This document shows, in pieces, positions 22,974 through 34,624 of a stretch of DNA of 64,000 nt. The position numbers and the translations under genes are program-made. A model generated the notes under the pieces. It saw only the letters and a program-made list of their open reading frames with translations, was not told the DNA's origin and searched no databases. Source of the DNA: an uncultured cyanobacterium (GTDB taxonomy: Bacteria > Cyanobacteriota > Cyanobacteriia > Cyanobacteriales > Microcystaceae). The stretch covers positions 1-64,000 of the forward strand of contig CAWEDJ010000042.1 in the NCBI GenBank assembly GCA_963807635.1, written 5' to 3'. How positions within the stretch are numbered: position 1 is the first letter of the stretch; each line of letters begins with the position of its first letter.

Positions 22974-23300
22974 TTATTCGCCCCCATCCGCAAAAATGAT
23001 GTGATCACTACGAACCCAGCCGACAGCTTTAGATTTTTGGAACTTTACCTTACACCAATTCAAATCACTACCTGGTTGATCTTTATCTTGCACACAATTG
23101 ATAACCTTAACTTTATCTCCCGCTAATCCATACTGGGGAGCCGTTGATTTAATGGTGGGTTTACTCCGCACATAGATCCGTCCGTTACCACTGAGGGTTG
23201 AGATACCACGAGCGATCGCAGGGAAAGAAGTTAAGGTTAAGGCGATCGCTAGACTAACGCCGCCCCATAATGCCAATTTATGATTTGAAGATTTTTTCAT
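22974..23300 (-). CDS. Secreted bacterial SH3-domain protein
   Basis: Signal peptide; VRSKP, WCKVKF, GWVRSD. Confidence 0.8.
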   Translation of the reverse strand: MKKSSNHKLALWGGVSLAIALTLTSFPAIARGISTLSGNGRIYVRSKPTIKSTAPQYGLAGDKVKVINCVQDKDQPGSDLNWCKVKFQKSKAVGWVRSDHIIFADGGE

Positions 23301-23502
23301 TGATCAGTGTTTAAATATATTCTATCAGTTTAAGTTAAAAAAACTTTTATACAGTGAATTTTATTTTTTTGTAATAAAACTTTTATCACAACTTAATATT
23401 TTATTTATTCTGAGATTAAATAGGTTTAACATTTGATATTTGACGCAAATCCCAGGGATCGCAATAATAGGACTTAGACTTTCCTCGCTAACCCCGCTAA
23501 CT

Positions 23503-25675
23503 ATGAGTAATGATATTCGTCTGGCCCAAACCTCTCCTATCGGAGCAACAGTTTTTGAGGAAGGTGTAAATTTTTGTCTTTTTTCTAAACACGCCGAAAA
23601 AATTGAATTACTCTTATTTGACGCACCCAATGACCCTGAACCTGCGAGAGTGATTGCTTTCGACCCTAAATACCATAAAACCTTCTATTATTGGCATCTT
23701 TTAGTGGAAGGTTTAAAAGAAGGTCAAATTTATGCCTATCGAGTCTATGGCCCCAATGAACCCGAAAAAGGTCACCGTTTTGATGGTAGCAAGGTTCTGT
23801 TAGACCCCTACGCTAAGGCGATCGCGGGGGAAGAAATTTATGATCGTAAAAAGGCCATGCAATTTGGGGTAGATAATTGCGCTTCGGCCTTGCGGGGAGT
23901 GGTGGTAAGCTCCAAAACGGATAGCTATGACTGGGAAGGAGATGTACCGTTACGGATTCCCTATGCTTCTAGTGTGATTTACGAAATCCATGTGGGTGGT
24001 TTTACCCGCAATCCAAATTCGGGTTTATCGCCCGAAAAACGCGGTACTTTTGCAGGTTTAATCGAAAAAATTCCCTATTTTCAAGAATTGGGCATCACCA
24101 CTGTTGAGCTGTTACCCGTCCATTACTTTGATCCCGAAGATGCCATGCCTGGTTTAACCAATTATTGGGGTTATAGCACCATCGGCTTTTTTGCTCCCTA
24201 TCACGGCTATAGTTCTCGTAAAGATCCCCTCGGCCCTGTGGATGAATTCCGAGACATGGTCAAAGCCTTACATAAAGCAGGAATTGAAGTGATTCTAGAT
24301 GTGGTATTTAACCATACCGCCGAGGGGAATGAAAACGGCCCGAACCCTATCTTTTCGGGGCATTGATAACGAGACGTACTATATTTTAGAAAAAGAAAAG
24401 GAATATTACAGCAATTACAGTGGTTGCGGCAATAGCGTCAAGGCCAATCATCCTGTGGTGGGTGGTTTAATTTTAGATTGTTTGCGTTACTGGGTTTCGG
24501 TGATGCACGTAGATGGTTTTCGTTTTGATTTAGCGTCAGTCTTTGCGCGGGATATTGAGGGGAATCCTTTTCAGGGAGAAGCGGGCGGCACAGCAAATAT
24601 TATCTGGGCGATCGAATCTGATCCCATTTTGGCGGGAACAAAATTAATTGCCGAAGCTTGGGACGCGGCGGGTTTATACAGTGTCGGCAAGTTTGTGGAG
24701 TTGGCGGATTGGTTTGCGGAATGGAATGGCCCGTTTCGGGATGATGTGCGACAGTTTGTGCGGGGCGATGGGGGCATGGTCAAAAAATTAAGCGATCGCC
24801 TATTGGGAAGTCCAGATATTTATCACCGTAAGGATACGGATATTAATCGCAGTATTAACTTTGTCACTTGTCATGATGGTTTCACCCTGAATGATCTGGT
24901 GTCCTATAACGAAAAACACAACGAAGCTAACGGAGAAGATAGTCGTGATGGTTGTAACGATAACTGGAGTTGGAATTGTGGGGTAGAAGGAGAAACCGAT
25001 GATGGGATGATCAATACCCTACGCCTACGACAAATCAAAAACTTTTTCACCATTCTCTTTTTCTCCCAGGGAACCCCGATGCTCCTGATGGGAGATCCTG
25101 TTCGACGAACCCAAAAGGGCAATAATAACGCCTATTGCCAAAATAATGAATTGAGTTGGTTTGATTGGGAAGGAGAAGACAGTCATACCGAAGAGACCCA
25201 TTTTGTGAGGGGATTAATTCGCTTGACCCAATCCCTCGCCATTTTCCAAGAAGAAAGCATTTTGGATGTGCTGGAACTCGAAAGTTATGACTGGGGAGAG
25301 TTGGAGCGTAGTGAAATTGATGTAATCGCCCTAAAGAAGCAATACCTTCAAATGACCTATAATCATCCCCGTCCCCACATTACTTGGCATGGCATTTACT
25401 TTGGTCAACCAGACTGGTCTTACGATTCCCACAGTCTTGCTTTTACCCTCCACCATCCTGACGCAGAAGAACAACTGCACGTTATTTTGAATGCCTATTG
25501 GCGGCCCTTGCTTTTTGAATTGCCTCCCTTGGGAAAAGGAAAACACTGGCATCGCATCATTGATACGTCCCTCCATTCTCCCCAGGACTTTTGTGAAATA
25601 GACGTTGCGCCCATCGTCAAAACTGACCGCTATCCCTCCCAATCTAGGTCTTCTTTAGTCTTTATCGCAAAATAG
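23503..25675 (+). CDS. glgX: Glycogen debranching enzyme / isoamylase (apparent extra base near 24343)
   Basis: LLDPYAK, NYWGY, LDVVFNHT, DGFRFDLA, HDGFTLNDLVSYNEKHN. Confidence 0.95.
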
Positions 25676-25817
25676 AGATGACCATATTTTCTTCTCTCAT
25701 TGTAGATAGCTTAAGGAAATAAAATAGCAGGATGTTCAAACAAGTATTGATGAAATTATTTGCTAAATCTAAGTTGGGAAAATACTAGCCAAGAGCCAGA
25801 TTGATATGGAAAATATT

Positions 25818-26084
25818 TTATTGTTTAACGAGATCGGGACAGAGACTTAGGATAGATTGGCGCATTTGTTTACGAATTTCTCCATAGCTGACGGTTTCTC
25901 CCTTATTGACTTTGAGGGATAAATAATCATCGGCAACTTTAGTCGCTTCTTCTTTCGATTGTCCTGATTTTAAAGAATTACAATACATTTTGGCCGCTTG
26001 TTGGATGTCATCGTTACTAATGGCTGCATAGCTAGGAGCAGTAAACGCGATCGCCATGAGGCTTGCTAAGAAAATACGTTTCAT
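25818..26084 (-). CDS. Small secreted protein with two Cys
   Basis: Signal peptide, YC and CP motifs. Confidence 0.7.
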   Translation of the reverse strand: MKRIFLASLMAIAFTAPSYAAISNDDIQQAAKMYCNSLKSGQSKEEATKVADDYLSLKVNKGETVSYGEIRKQMRQSILSLCPDLVKQ

Positions 26085-26263
26085 AACTTTTCTTCCGTTG
26101 TAAGGTTCCTATTTCTTCAACTATAACATTCGCGGTTTTAGCTTGTTCTCATAATTCCTGAATTAAGGACGATTTATGAATTGACCTTTCTAAAAATGCC
26201 CCCATAAACCGAGGGATTTGTATGGACTTAATTAACGCGATCGCTTTTTTTCAAAATTCTGAC

Positions 26264-27730
26264 TTAGGGCATCCATTTTGGGAAAAAACCAGGTGTTAAT
26301 TCTTTGGGCATAACGGATTGGGTCTTCGCATCGGCAAGAGGCAACATCCACACACGGGCATCTGCGATCGCTTGATTGGAAGGGGTTAATAAATCCCTAG
26401 AACTCATGGGAGCCGTTGTCGCCACCTGGTCAAAGAGTAGGGAAGTTCCATCGGGAGCCATACTCATCTGCACATCTCGATAATTGGGTAAAGCCAAAAG
26501 CGGTTGGTCTTGCCAGGTATCCAGTTGCACGACCGACAGAAAAGGCTCTTCGTGGTAATTTCCATCTTCCCGTTTCACCACATCCGTCCGCAAGCAATAT
26601 AAAACCTTTTCTTCCCTGGGTTCAAACTGACAGTCCAAAATGGGATACATATTCCGCAGAATTTCCTGGGTTCTACCATCCGATTCCATTAAAATCAGCG
26701 ATCGCGTATAATCAGCATTTTCCTGGGTCAAGAGCAACCGCTTTCCATCCTTAGAAAACGCCAACGCCTTGGTATAACCCGCCAACAAACGAGACGATCC
26801 CGCCTCCATATTCAGAGGAATTAGACCCACACCCCCCTGGCCCGCAACCGCCAGCTTATTACCATCGGGTGCAATAATAAAATCTTTAGCAGGTACTCCC
26901 AAGGGTCTGGGTGAGGCTCCATCGGGAATGATCCACAAGCCTGAATCTGCCTTATTTTGCCGATTAACCCGTAAAAGAATGAAGATTTTGCCATCTCTTG
27001 ACAAATCAAAGCTCAGATTATCATAGTTCGTATTATCTAGAACCCGTTCTAATTTACCAGGCGTAACATCGGGCGCGGAAACAGAATATTTGATCCCTGT
27101 CGTCACGGAAAATAATTGTTTAGACGGAGTGCCTAACCTGGGATCAAACCCTAAAAAGAAAATTTTGTCTCCCGTCGGCGCGATTCTAAACTGGCTAACC
27201 ACCAAATCTTTCGGTGTTAAAATCGTCTTTTTCGGTTGTTTTGGGTTGGTAATGTCATAGAGAATCAATCTTCCCCGTTCCTCATTACTCACCCCCACAT
27301 AGGCCAAAGTGCGATCGCGGGTGCTAAATAAATCCACAAAGGGTTCCATTGTTCCCTGTTGGTCGATGCGATTCGCCTTATCTAACTTAACTTGGTAATT
27401 TGTCCCATAAATAGGCGTTTCTGACAGGGTATAAACCAAATTATTCCCCTGCCAACTACTCCTACCCAAAAGAGGAGGATCAATTGTCAAACTGCTTTCC
27501 ACACTATCGGGATCAACAGGGCGATTAAAATTCAACGTAAAAAATTTATCCTGAATCCCGACCTTTTCCCCCTGCCAACTAAAGCGAGTCACTCGTAATC
27601 GGGTTTGATCCCCATGCCAGATAATAATTCCCAAAATAACGCCTAAAATCAGGACAACACTCAAAGCGACTTGATCGAAACGTCGTTGGGGGAAGATAGG
27701 AAATCGTATTTTAGGAGGGCGGGCAGTCAT
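26264..27730 (-). CDS. Membrane-anchored Ig-like plus beta-propeller protein
   Basis: N-terminal TM, FNRPVD..SVE Ig-like motif, repeated SPDG-like motifs. Confidence 0.75.
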   Translation of the reverse strand: MTARPPKIRFPIFPQRRFDQVALSVVLILGVILGIIIWHGDQTRLRVTRFSWQGEKVGIQDKFFTLNFNRPVDPDSVESSLTIDPPLLGRSSWQGNNLVYTLSETPIYGTNYQVKLDKANRIDQQGTMEPFVDLFSTRDRTLAYVGVSNEERGRLILYDITNPKQPKKTILTPKDLVVSQFRIAPTGDKIFFLGFDPRLGTPSKQLFSVTTGIKYSVSAPDVTPGKLERVLDNTNYDNLSFDLSRDGKIFILLRVNRQNKADSGLWIIPDGASPRPLGVPAKDFIIAPDGNKLAVAGQGGVGLIPLNMEAGSSRLLAGYTKALAFSKDGKRLLLTQENADYTRSLILMESDGRTQEILRNMYPILDCQFEPREEKVLYCLRTDVVKREDGNYHEEPFLSVVQLDTWQDQPLLALPNYRDVQMSMAPDGTSLLFDQVATTAPMSSRDLLTPSNQAIADARVWMLPLADAKTQSVMPKELTPGFFPKWMP

Positions 27731-27873
27731 GGGAAGAAGAGGAGATTAGGAAACGAGGGATTAAGCTGTTCAATATTTATAACGCATAGAGGCAAGGGGC
27801 TTAAGCCCCTTGTTACAGAACTTTTAGGAAAATTACTATGCAATTTAAATGTACGACAGCTTACCAATCCATT

Positions 27874-29661
27874 CTAGACTTTGGGCTGATAGGTGGATGT
27901 TACCTGCAACTCTTTTAATTGCTTAGTATCAACTGGCGCGGGAGCATCGGTTAATAAACAACGAGCCTGTTGGGTTTTGGGGAAAGCAATCACATCTCGA
28001 ATCGAGGCTTCTCCTGCGAGTAGCATGACCAAACGGTCTAAACCGTAGGCAATTCCCCCGTGAGGCGGTGTGCCATATTCAAAAGCTTCTAGTAAAAAGC
28101 CGAATTTACTCTTGGCTTCATCGAGGGATAAACCAATGGTTTCAAAGACTTTTTCCTGGATATCCCGTTGATAAATTCGTAAACTGCCACCACCGATCTC
28201 GATGCCGTTATAAACCAAATCATAGGCCTGCGCTCTGGCTGTTGTTAGATCGGCTAAATCTTCGGGATTGGGAGCCGTAAAAGGATGATGAAGAGCTTCA
28301 AAGCGTTTTTCGTCGGCATTCCATTCAAACATGGGGAAATCTGTCACCCAAACTAAATTGACTTGGTTTGCGTCGATTAATCCCAACTCTTCCCCTACGA
28401 CTAAACGCAAGCGAGAAAGAGATTTATTGACCGTATCCGTATCCCCTGCTCCAAAGAGTAATAAATCGCCACTTTTAGCATTGGTGAGCGTTAATAATGT
28501 TTCGACTTGTTCAGGGCTTAAATTATCTTTAATCGCGCCGATGGTATCAATTTCGTTGTTATCTCGCACCCGAATATAGGCGATGCCTTTAGCTCCTGCT
28601 TCGGTAGCTTCTTTGAAAATATCTCCGCCTGGTTTAATGCGAACATTAGAAAATGCGTCATTTCCCCCAGGAATGGGAAGAGCTTTCACCGATCCGCCGC
28701 TTTTAATGGCTCCAGAGAAAACCTTAAAGCCTGAATCCTTAAATAAATCCGAAACATCAACTAATTCCAGCCCAAAACGGGTATCAGGGCGATCGCAACC
28801 ATAGCGGTTCATCGATTCGGCATAGGTCAAACGGGGAAATGGGCGGGGCAAATCAATTTGTTTGACGGTTTTAAAAATATGACAAACGAGGGATTCATTA
28901 AGCGCAAGAATTTCTTCCTGACTTAAAAAGCTCATTTCCATATCCAATTGGGTAAATTCGGGTTGGCGATCGGCCCGTAAATCCTCATCCCGAAAACAAC
29001 GGGCGATTTGGTAATAGCGGTCAAATCCCGACACCATTAATAATTGCTTAAACAATTGGGGGGATTGGGGAAGGGCGTACCATTGGCTGGGATTGACCCT
29101 GGAGGGAACGAGATAATCCCTGGCACCTTCGGGGGTGGAACGGGTAAGAATGGGGGTTTCGATTTCAATAAATTCTTGGTCGTCTTCTAAAAAGCGTCGG
29201 ATGGCTTTCACGACCTGGTGGCGCAGTTGTAAATTCCGACTAAGGCGATCGCGTCTGAGTTCGAGATAACGATATTTGAGCCGTAATTCTTCTTTAACCA
29301 GTTCGGTTTCATCGCCAGACACCAAAAAGGGCAGAGGCTTAGTGACTTGGTTCAATAATTCAATGCGATCGGCATAAATTTCGACCTCTCCCGTCCCTAG
29401 TTTGGGATTAATCGATTCGCTGGGGCGTTGGCTCACCACTCCCGTGACTTTGATCACATACTCGTTATGTAATCCTTCGGCAATGGGATAGGAATCGGGC
29501 GTTTGGATCGGGTTACTGGCAATTTGTACCACTCCAGAGCGATCGCGCAGATCAATAAAAATCACCCCACCATGATCGCGGCAACGATCTACCCACCCAT
29601 ATAGGGTCACGTTCTTGTCGATATGGGAGGCTTGCAGTTCGCCACAATAGTGAGTACGCAT
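27874..29661 (-). CDS. aspS: Aspartate-tRNA ligase
   Basis: [36 protein letters not shown]. Confidence 0.98.
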   Translation of the reverse strand: MRTHYCGELQASHIDKNVTLYGWVDRCRDHGGVIFIDLRDRSGVVQIASNPIQTPDSYPIAEGLHNEYVIKVTGVVSQRPSESINPKLGTGEVEIYADRIELLNQVTKPLPFLVSGDETELVKEELRLKYRYLELRRDRLSRNLQLRHQVVKAIRRFLEDDQEFIEIETPILTRSTPEGARDYLVPSRVNPSQWYALPQSPQLFKQLLMVSGFDRYYQIARCFRDEDLRADRQPEFTQLDMEMSFLSQEEILALNESLVCHIFKTVKQIDLPRPFPRLTYAESMNRYGCDRPDTRFGLELVDVSDLFKDSGFKVFSGAIKSGGSVKALPIPGGNDAFSNVRIKPGGDIFKEATEAGAKGIAYIRVRDNNEIDTIGAIKDNLSPEQVETLLTLTNAKSGDLLLFGAGDTDTVNKSLSRLRLVVGEELGLIDANQVNLVWVTDFPMFEWNADEKRFEALHHPFTAPNPEDLADLTTARAQAYDLVYNGIEIGGGSLRIYQRDIQEKVFETIGLSLDEAKSKFGFLLEAFEYGTPPHGGIAYGLDRLVMLLAGEASIRDVIAFPKTQQARCLLTDAPAPVDTKQLKELQVTSTYQPKV

Positions 29662-30106
29662 AGGAAAAAATAACAATAAAAATTAACTATATTTAGAAAT
29701 CGCAATAGCGGTAGATGAGCCTTGACCCAATTTTAGCGCATCGACTATTATCCTTTATTTGGGTCGCTGTTCACGAGGAAATTTCGAGCAGATCTATTTT
29801 GTCAGCATCAATGGAACGACAATTTCGATTTAAAGTTGTTTCTGAAAACTATTTTTCTGTCTTTTTAAACTGTATTCAAAGTCGCGGAAAATGTTAGCCG
29901 TGAAGAAGTTTTTATTTTATTATCAGAGTAATCCCCATCGTAGGGGCAAATTGCGATCGCCCAATAATAGTGCCTTTATCATGAAAAAAGTTTTTTTGAA
30001 CGAGGAGCGAAGAAAGTGTCTGATCCGTTATGTGAATGTGGCTGGTGATGCTTTTTTTAAAGTTAAGCAAACCATAGATTAGGCTACGAAGCTAGAGGTT
30101 AAAAGT

Positions 30107-30538
30107 ATGGAAGAGTTGTTGGAATTACGGACATTGCTGATGGGGGGCAATATCTCTGATGCTTTGTTATTGGTGGAGGAGATGACAGAAATGAGCAAGG
30201 ATGACAAAATCAACAAGATTTCTAGCTACGCGAAGATTGTCATCTTGCATTTGATTAAACGGGCTGCGGAAAAACGCACAACGAGGTCTTGGGATCTGTC
30301 AATCAAAAATGCGGTTAACGAAATTCAGAAAACAAATCGGCGGCGTAAGGCTGGTGGTCAATATATTGCTGATTCTGAATTGTTTGAGACATTTAGTGAG
30401 ATATATGGTCTTGCTCTAGATTGGGCGGCTACTGAGGCGTTCGGTGGACATTATGAATCGGCTGAGTTGGGGGCAATGGTTGATCGCGAGGCGATTATCA
30501 ATCAGGCGATCGCTTTAGTCTCTGGAGGTAATGGGTGA
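30107..30538 (+). CDS. DUF29-family protein
   Basis: EEMTEMSKDD...ILHLIK...RSWDLSI. Confidence 0.8.
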   Translation: MEELLELRTLLMGGNISDALLLVEEMTEMSKDDKINKISSYAKIVILHLIKRAAEKRTTRSWDLSIKNAVNEIQKTNRRRKAGGQYIADSELFETFSEIYGLALDWAATEAFGGHYESAELGAMVDREAIINQAIALVSGGNG

Positions 30539-30786
30539 AGGAACAATAGTTTCCAAAAAATCGTAGGGGCAAATTGTGATCGCTTTTGCTGGTTGATGCT
30601 GGGCGATCACGGAGGGAATAAATGATGAAAATGTTAGTCGAGAAGAAATTTTTGCTTTATTATCTGAGTAATCCCTAAAAAACTGTAGGGGCGTAAGGTT
30701 TACGCTCAAAATGCTGATAGCGTCTAAAATATGCTACATAATTGCATAATAAAGAGAATAATAGAGCATGATTCAAGGTAAAATTA

Positions 30787-31197
30787 ATGGAACCGATTAC
30801 AGCGGCGTTATTGGTTATTTTAGGGATTTATGGCACTGGCTTCGTTAATAAAGCAGGAGAGGATACCTGGGATAAAGGTCGTCAATACCTAACTCGGAAG
30901 TTAGAGGGAACTGCTACAGCTAAAGCGTTAACTAGTGGTCAAGAACCTGATTTAAACCAAGCGGTGATTGATGTGGAAGCTATTATGGCCGATCCTGAGA
31001 TAGAAAATCTTAAAGTCCAAATTCAGATGTTATTGTCGCAAAATGAGGATTTTAAGAAACAAGTAGAGGCGATGCAGAAGAAAACTATTCAAGTTAATAA
31101 AGATAAATCTCAGGGCTATTTATTTACGGAAAAGGTCGAGACAAAGTTTTTTGGGGGAATCCATTATCACATGGGTGATCCATCTAAAGAAGATTGA
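30787..31197 (+). CDS. Hypothetical protein
   Basis: 136-aa ORF with RBS-like AAGG; hydrophobic N-terminus followed by predicted helices. Confidence 0.65.
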   Translation: MEPITAALLVILGIYGTGFVNKAGEDTWDKGRQYLTRKLEGTATAKALTSGQEPDLNQAVIDVEAIMADPEIENLKVQIQMLLSQNEDFKKQVEAMQKKTIQVNKDKSQGYLFTEKVETKFFGGIHYHMGDPSKED

Positions 31198-31251
31198 CCG
31201 CAGCCGCCTGTAGGGGAGCAGGTTAAACAAAACCCTGCTAACTTGAATAGA

Positions 31252-31491
31252 ATGGGTGAAGGGTTAAAGTCGATTTCCACTTCTTTTTCTAATCTTGATT
31301 ACGGCATTGAAAGTCTATGTAAATTGAAAGCTATTTTCTCCAAACTCAAGGGAGACGCTCGTAACCAGGGCGGCAAAGTTAATATAACAATTAAAGAATT
31401 ATCAGAATGGATTCAAGAAATTGAGTCCGCAGAATCACAAATTAACCGAGTTCTAAATTTATTGGAGGAGGATGATGATTCAGACTTATAA
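31252..31491 (+). CDS. Small hypothetical coiled-coil protein overlapping the TPR gene
   Basis: ORF overlaps the start at 31472. Confidence 0.5.
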   Translation: MGEGLKSISTSFSNLDYGIESLCKLKAIFSKLKGDARNQGGKVNITIKELSEWIQEIESAESQINRVLNLLEEDDDSDL

Positions 31492-32869
31492 AAACGCAAC
31501 TAATCCGTCTCTAACTCAGGCTAGTAATTCTGAAACAGAGTTAAGTTCTGACAATTTCGATCATGTTGCGCCGAAAAAACACAATCCTAAAATTTATCAA
31601 AAAATCTTAAAAAAAGCTCAAGATATTGGTGATAAACAATCTGAAGTTTTTGCTCTTAATAGATTAGCAATGATCTATCAATCATCAGGTCAATATGAAG
31701 AGGCAATCCAATATCTTCAAGAACAGTTATCGATTGTGAGAGAACTTAATGATCGATATTCAGAAGCGAATGTTTTAGGTAATTTGGGATCGGCTTATCA
31801 GTCTTTAGGACAGTACCAAGAGGCAATTGAATATCTTCAGCAACAATTAGGAATTGCCGAAGAAATTGGTGATATTCTCTCCCAAGCAAATGCTTTAGGG
31901 AATCTAGGAATTACTTATCAATCATTGGGAAGATATCAAGAAGCGATTACTTTTCTTGAAAAACAATTAGAGATTACTCAAAAACTTGGTAACAGAAAAT
32001 CAGAAGCCAATGCTTTAAGTAACTTAGGTATTTCTTATCAATATCAACGTGCATTTGATAAAGCTGAATTTGCATTATTAAAAGGCTTAAAAATCAATGA
32101 AGAATTATTAGATAAAAATGATCCTAATATTGCATCTAATTTCAACAATTTAGCCGCACTGTACGAATCTCAAGGACGCTACGCCGAAGCCGAACCTCTC
32201 TACTTGCGATCGCTTTCTATCAGGGAAAGCCAATTAGGAGAAAATCATCCCGATGTTGCCACTAGTCTCAACAATCTGGCGGCACTTTATGAATCTCAAG
32301 GGAAATACGCAGAAGCCGAACCTCTTTTTACGCGATCGCTGGAAATTTGGGAAAAGCAATTAGGAGAAAATCATCCTAATGTTGCCATTAGTCTCAACAA
32401 TCTGGCGGAACTTTATCGCGTTCAAGGGAAATACGAAGAAGCCGAACCTCTTTTTCTGCGATCGCTCTCTATTATGGAAAAGCAATTAGGAGAAAATCAT
32501 CCCGATGTTGCCACTAGTCTCAACAATCTGGCATTACTTTATCGTGTTCAAGAAAAATACGAAGAAGCGGAACCTCTACGCTTAAGATGTCTTGAGATTG
32601 AAAGAAAAACTTTAGGAGAAAATCATCCTCAATTTGCAATCAGTCTCAACAATCTGGCGGAACTTTATCGCGTTCAAGGGAAATACAAAGAAGCGGAACC
32701 TCTCTACCAAAGAGCGATTGCTATTTTGTTAGCTACATTAGGAGAAAATTACCCCAACACTCAAACAGGAATAATGAATTATTATCGAATGTTAGCCCAA
32801 CTTCCTGATAGCGAATTAAACCAACGCTTCTCCCCCCAAATCGTCGAAATGTTGTGTAACCTACGATAA
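31472..32869 (+). CDS. Tetratricopeptide repeat protein
   Basis: 40-aa ALGNLG repeats, then 42-aa HPDVATSLNNLA..Y..QG.Y.EAEPL repeats (126-bp DNA repeats at about 32120-32760). Confidence 0.92.
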   Translation: MMIQTYKNATNPSLTQASNSETELSSDNFDHVAPKKHNPKIYQKILKKAQDIGDKQSEVFALNRLAMIYQSSGQYEEAIQYLQEQLSIVRELNDRYSEANVLGNLGSAYQSLGQYQEAIEYLQQQLGIAEEIGDILSQANALGNLGITYQSLGRYQEAITFLEKQLEITQKLGNRKSEANALSNLGISYQYQRAFDKAEFALLKGLKINEELLDKNDPNIASNFNNLAALYESQGRYAEAEPLYLRSLSIRESQLGENHPDVATSLNNLAALYESQGKYAEAEPLFTRSLEIWEKQLGENHPNVAISLNNLAELYRVQGKYEEAEPLFLRSLSIMEKQLGENHPDVATSLNNLALLYRVQEKYEEAEPLRLRCLEIERKTLGENHPQFAISLNNLAELYRVQGKYKEAEPLYQRAIAILLATLGENYPNTQTGIMNYYRMLAQLPDSELNQRFSPQIVEMLCNLR

Positions 32870-32942
32870 GCATTGTAGGGACGAATTGCGAAATCCCTAC
32901 CCCCAAAATCGGCCATTACCTATTCAAAAAGGACTAACCCCA

Positions 32943-33152
32943 ATGTCATCAATCATTACCGAAGAAAAAACCAAAGAAATGTTAACCGAAATCCTGATCG
33001 AAATGATGCAAAACAAACGAGAACTATTTTATGAAATTGTCATTGAAGCCCTAGAAGATATTGGTTTAGCTAATGCCATTACGGAAGGATTAAAGAGTGA
33101 ATTTGTCCCAGAAGAAGAAGTTTTTGCTATTCTCAATGGGGAATCTGAATGA
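32943..33152 (+). CDS. Putative antitoxin
   Basis: EALEDIGLANAITEG...EEVFAIL; ATGA overlap with the RelE gene. Confidence 0.75.
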   Translation: MSSIITEEKTKEMLTEILIEMMQNKRELFYEIVIEALEDIGLANAITEGLKSEFVPEEEVFAILNGESE

Positions 33153-33415
33153 AAATTAAATTTGAATCCAAATTCTCCAAAGACTTAAGAAAAATTAAAG
33201 ATCAAAAACTACTATCTCAGATCAAAATTGTTATCAATGAATGTAAATTGGCTCAAACATTAGATGACATCAAAAACCCGAAAAAACTCAAAGGTTATCA
33301 GATTTTTTATCGTATCAAAATAGGAGATTATCGCATTGGTATTGCAATTATTAACGATTAACTTATCTTTACTCGCTTCTTGCATAGAAAAGAAATTTAT
33401 AGATTTTTTCCCTAA
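33149..33415 (+). pseudogene. RelE/StbE-family toxin with an in-frame TAA at 33359-33361
   Basis: KKLKG...YRIKIGDYRIG...ND*LIFTRFLHRKEIYRFFP*. Confidence 0.8.
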
Positions 33416-33601
33416 TCAAACATTCCGTAAATGCTTGGTCTCCAAGTCCAATAACTTAAAGGTTTAGAAACCAATAATTCAAGAATTTATCAACCATTAA
33501 AGTTAAAGGATTTGGCAACCAAACCCCTACCCTTAAGAGAAATGGTCAAAATATTACAAAATCTCCATCAAAATTAACCCCTATTGGAAAAAACAATAAC
33601 T

Positions 33602-33923
33602 ATGCAAATACAAACGATTGAAACAAACTCGACAAACATCCTTAAACTGCGATTCTAGTCAGCCAGCATCACTCAAAGAAATGATTCAAAATGATCTGAG
33701 CCAAAGACTACAAAATCTTGAAATAGGCTTACTACAAACTCAAACGCGACTACAACAATTTGAAACTCAATATCAATGGTCAACCGAAAAATTTGTTGAG
33801 CTTTTCACAAACGATCAATTACAACATTGTCTGGATTTTGATGAATGGTTGGGAGAAGCTTGGATACTAGAAAAAATACAGCAAAAAATAGCAATCATCA
33901 AGGAGATTGAATTTGTTGATTGA
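33602..33923 (+). CDS. Putative antitoxin paired with the DUF6516 protein (apparent extra base near 33653)
   Basis: RLQQFETQYQWST.KF...DFDEW; ATG at 33602 joins after removing one T from CGATTC. Confidence 0.65.
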
Positions 33924-34323
33924 AAACTACTTTGAGAGAATTAGAACCCTTCTAAAAAACTCACCAATCATTAAAAACTTTGAACTTGAAACACAAAAAC
34001 GTACAGAAAACCTTGGTTTGATTAGGGGCAATGTTACCTTTATTGATAGCTCACGGCTCTATATTCGAGAATTCGTAGAAGTAGAAATGAGCATAGACCG
34101 AGGCAAATATTCGTACCAATACATCAATCAAAATGGTGATTTAATTTTTCGTTATGATAATGCTCCTCACCATCAAAAACTAAATTTACCATCATTTCCT
34201 CATCATAAACATGAACGCCATGAAGATAGCATCGTAACCTCAAAAGCTCCTTTTTTAGAAGAAGTTTTTGAAGAGATAGAGCAAATTATTAATGATCCCT
34301 TGCCACCAGTCCTAACAATTTAG
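33907..34323 (+). CDS. DUF6516 (TumE-like) toxin
   Basis: YSYQY...IFRYDNAPHH...SFPHHKH. Confidence 0.8.
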   Translation: MNLLIENYFERIRTLLKNSPIIKNFELETQKRTENLGLIRGNVTFIDSSRLYIREFVEVEMSIDRGKYSYQYINQNGDLIFRYDNAPHHQKLNLPSFPHHKHERHEDSIVTSKAPFLEEVFEEIEQIINDPLPPVLTI

Positions 34324-34624
34324 CTTTGTTTTATCAAGTAATTGCAGCCAATCCCCAACGCAGAGCCTACGACAAGCATTGTAGGAACGAATTGCGATCG
34401 CCCAATTGCGTCTCTATACAGAAATGACGGGATAAAGTTAAACAATTTCTTAGATAGCGATCGCATTCTCACAGAGTAAACTACGATCATCATCTGAAAT
34501 GCAAGAAAAATCAGGACTAGACGAGTTAACTATAATAAAAATCTTCATTCAACCCTATCTGGGGTAGAACAAAACATTAGAATAACGTAAACTACTGTAG
34601 AAATTTCTTTTTTGACTCCCAGCC

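Noticed and set aside
32120..32760. 126-bp tandem repeats as a CRISPR array or DGR repeat
   Set aside because: They are in-frame TPR coding repeats with no unique spacers and no reverse transcriptase nearby.
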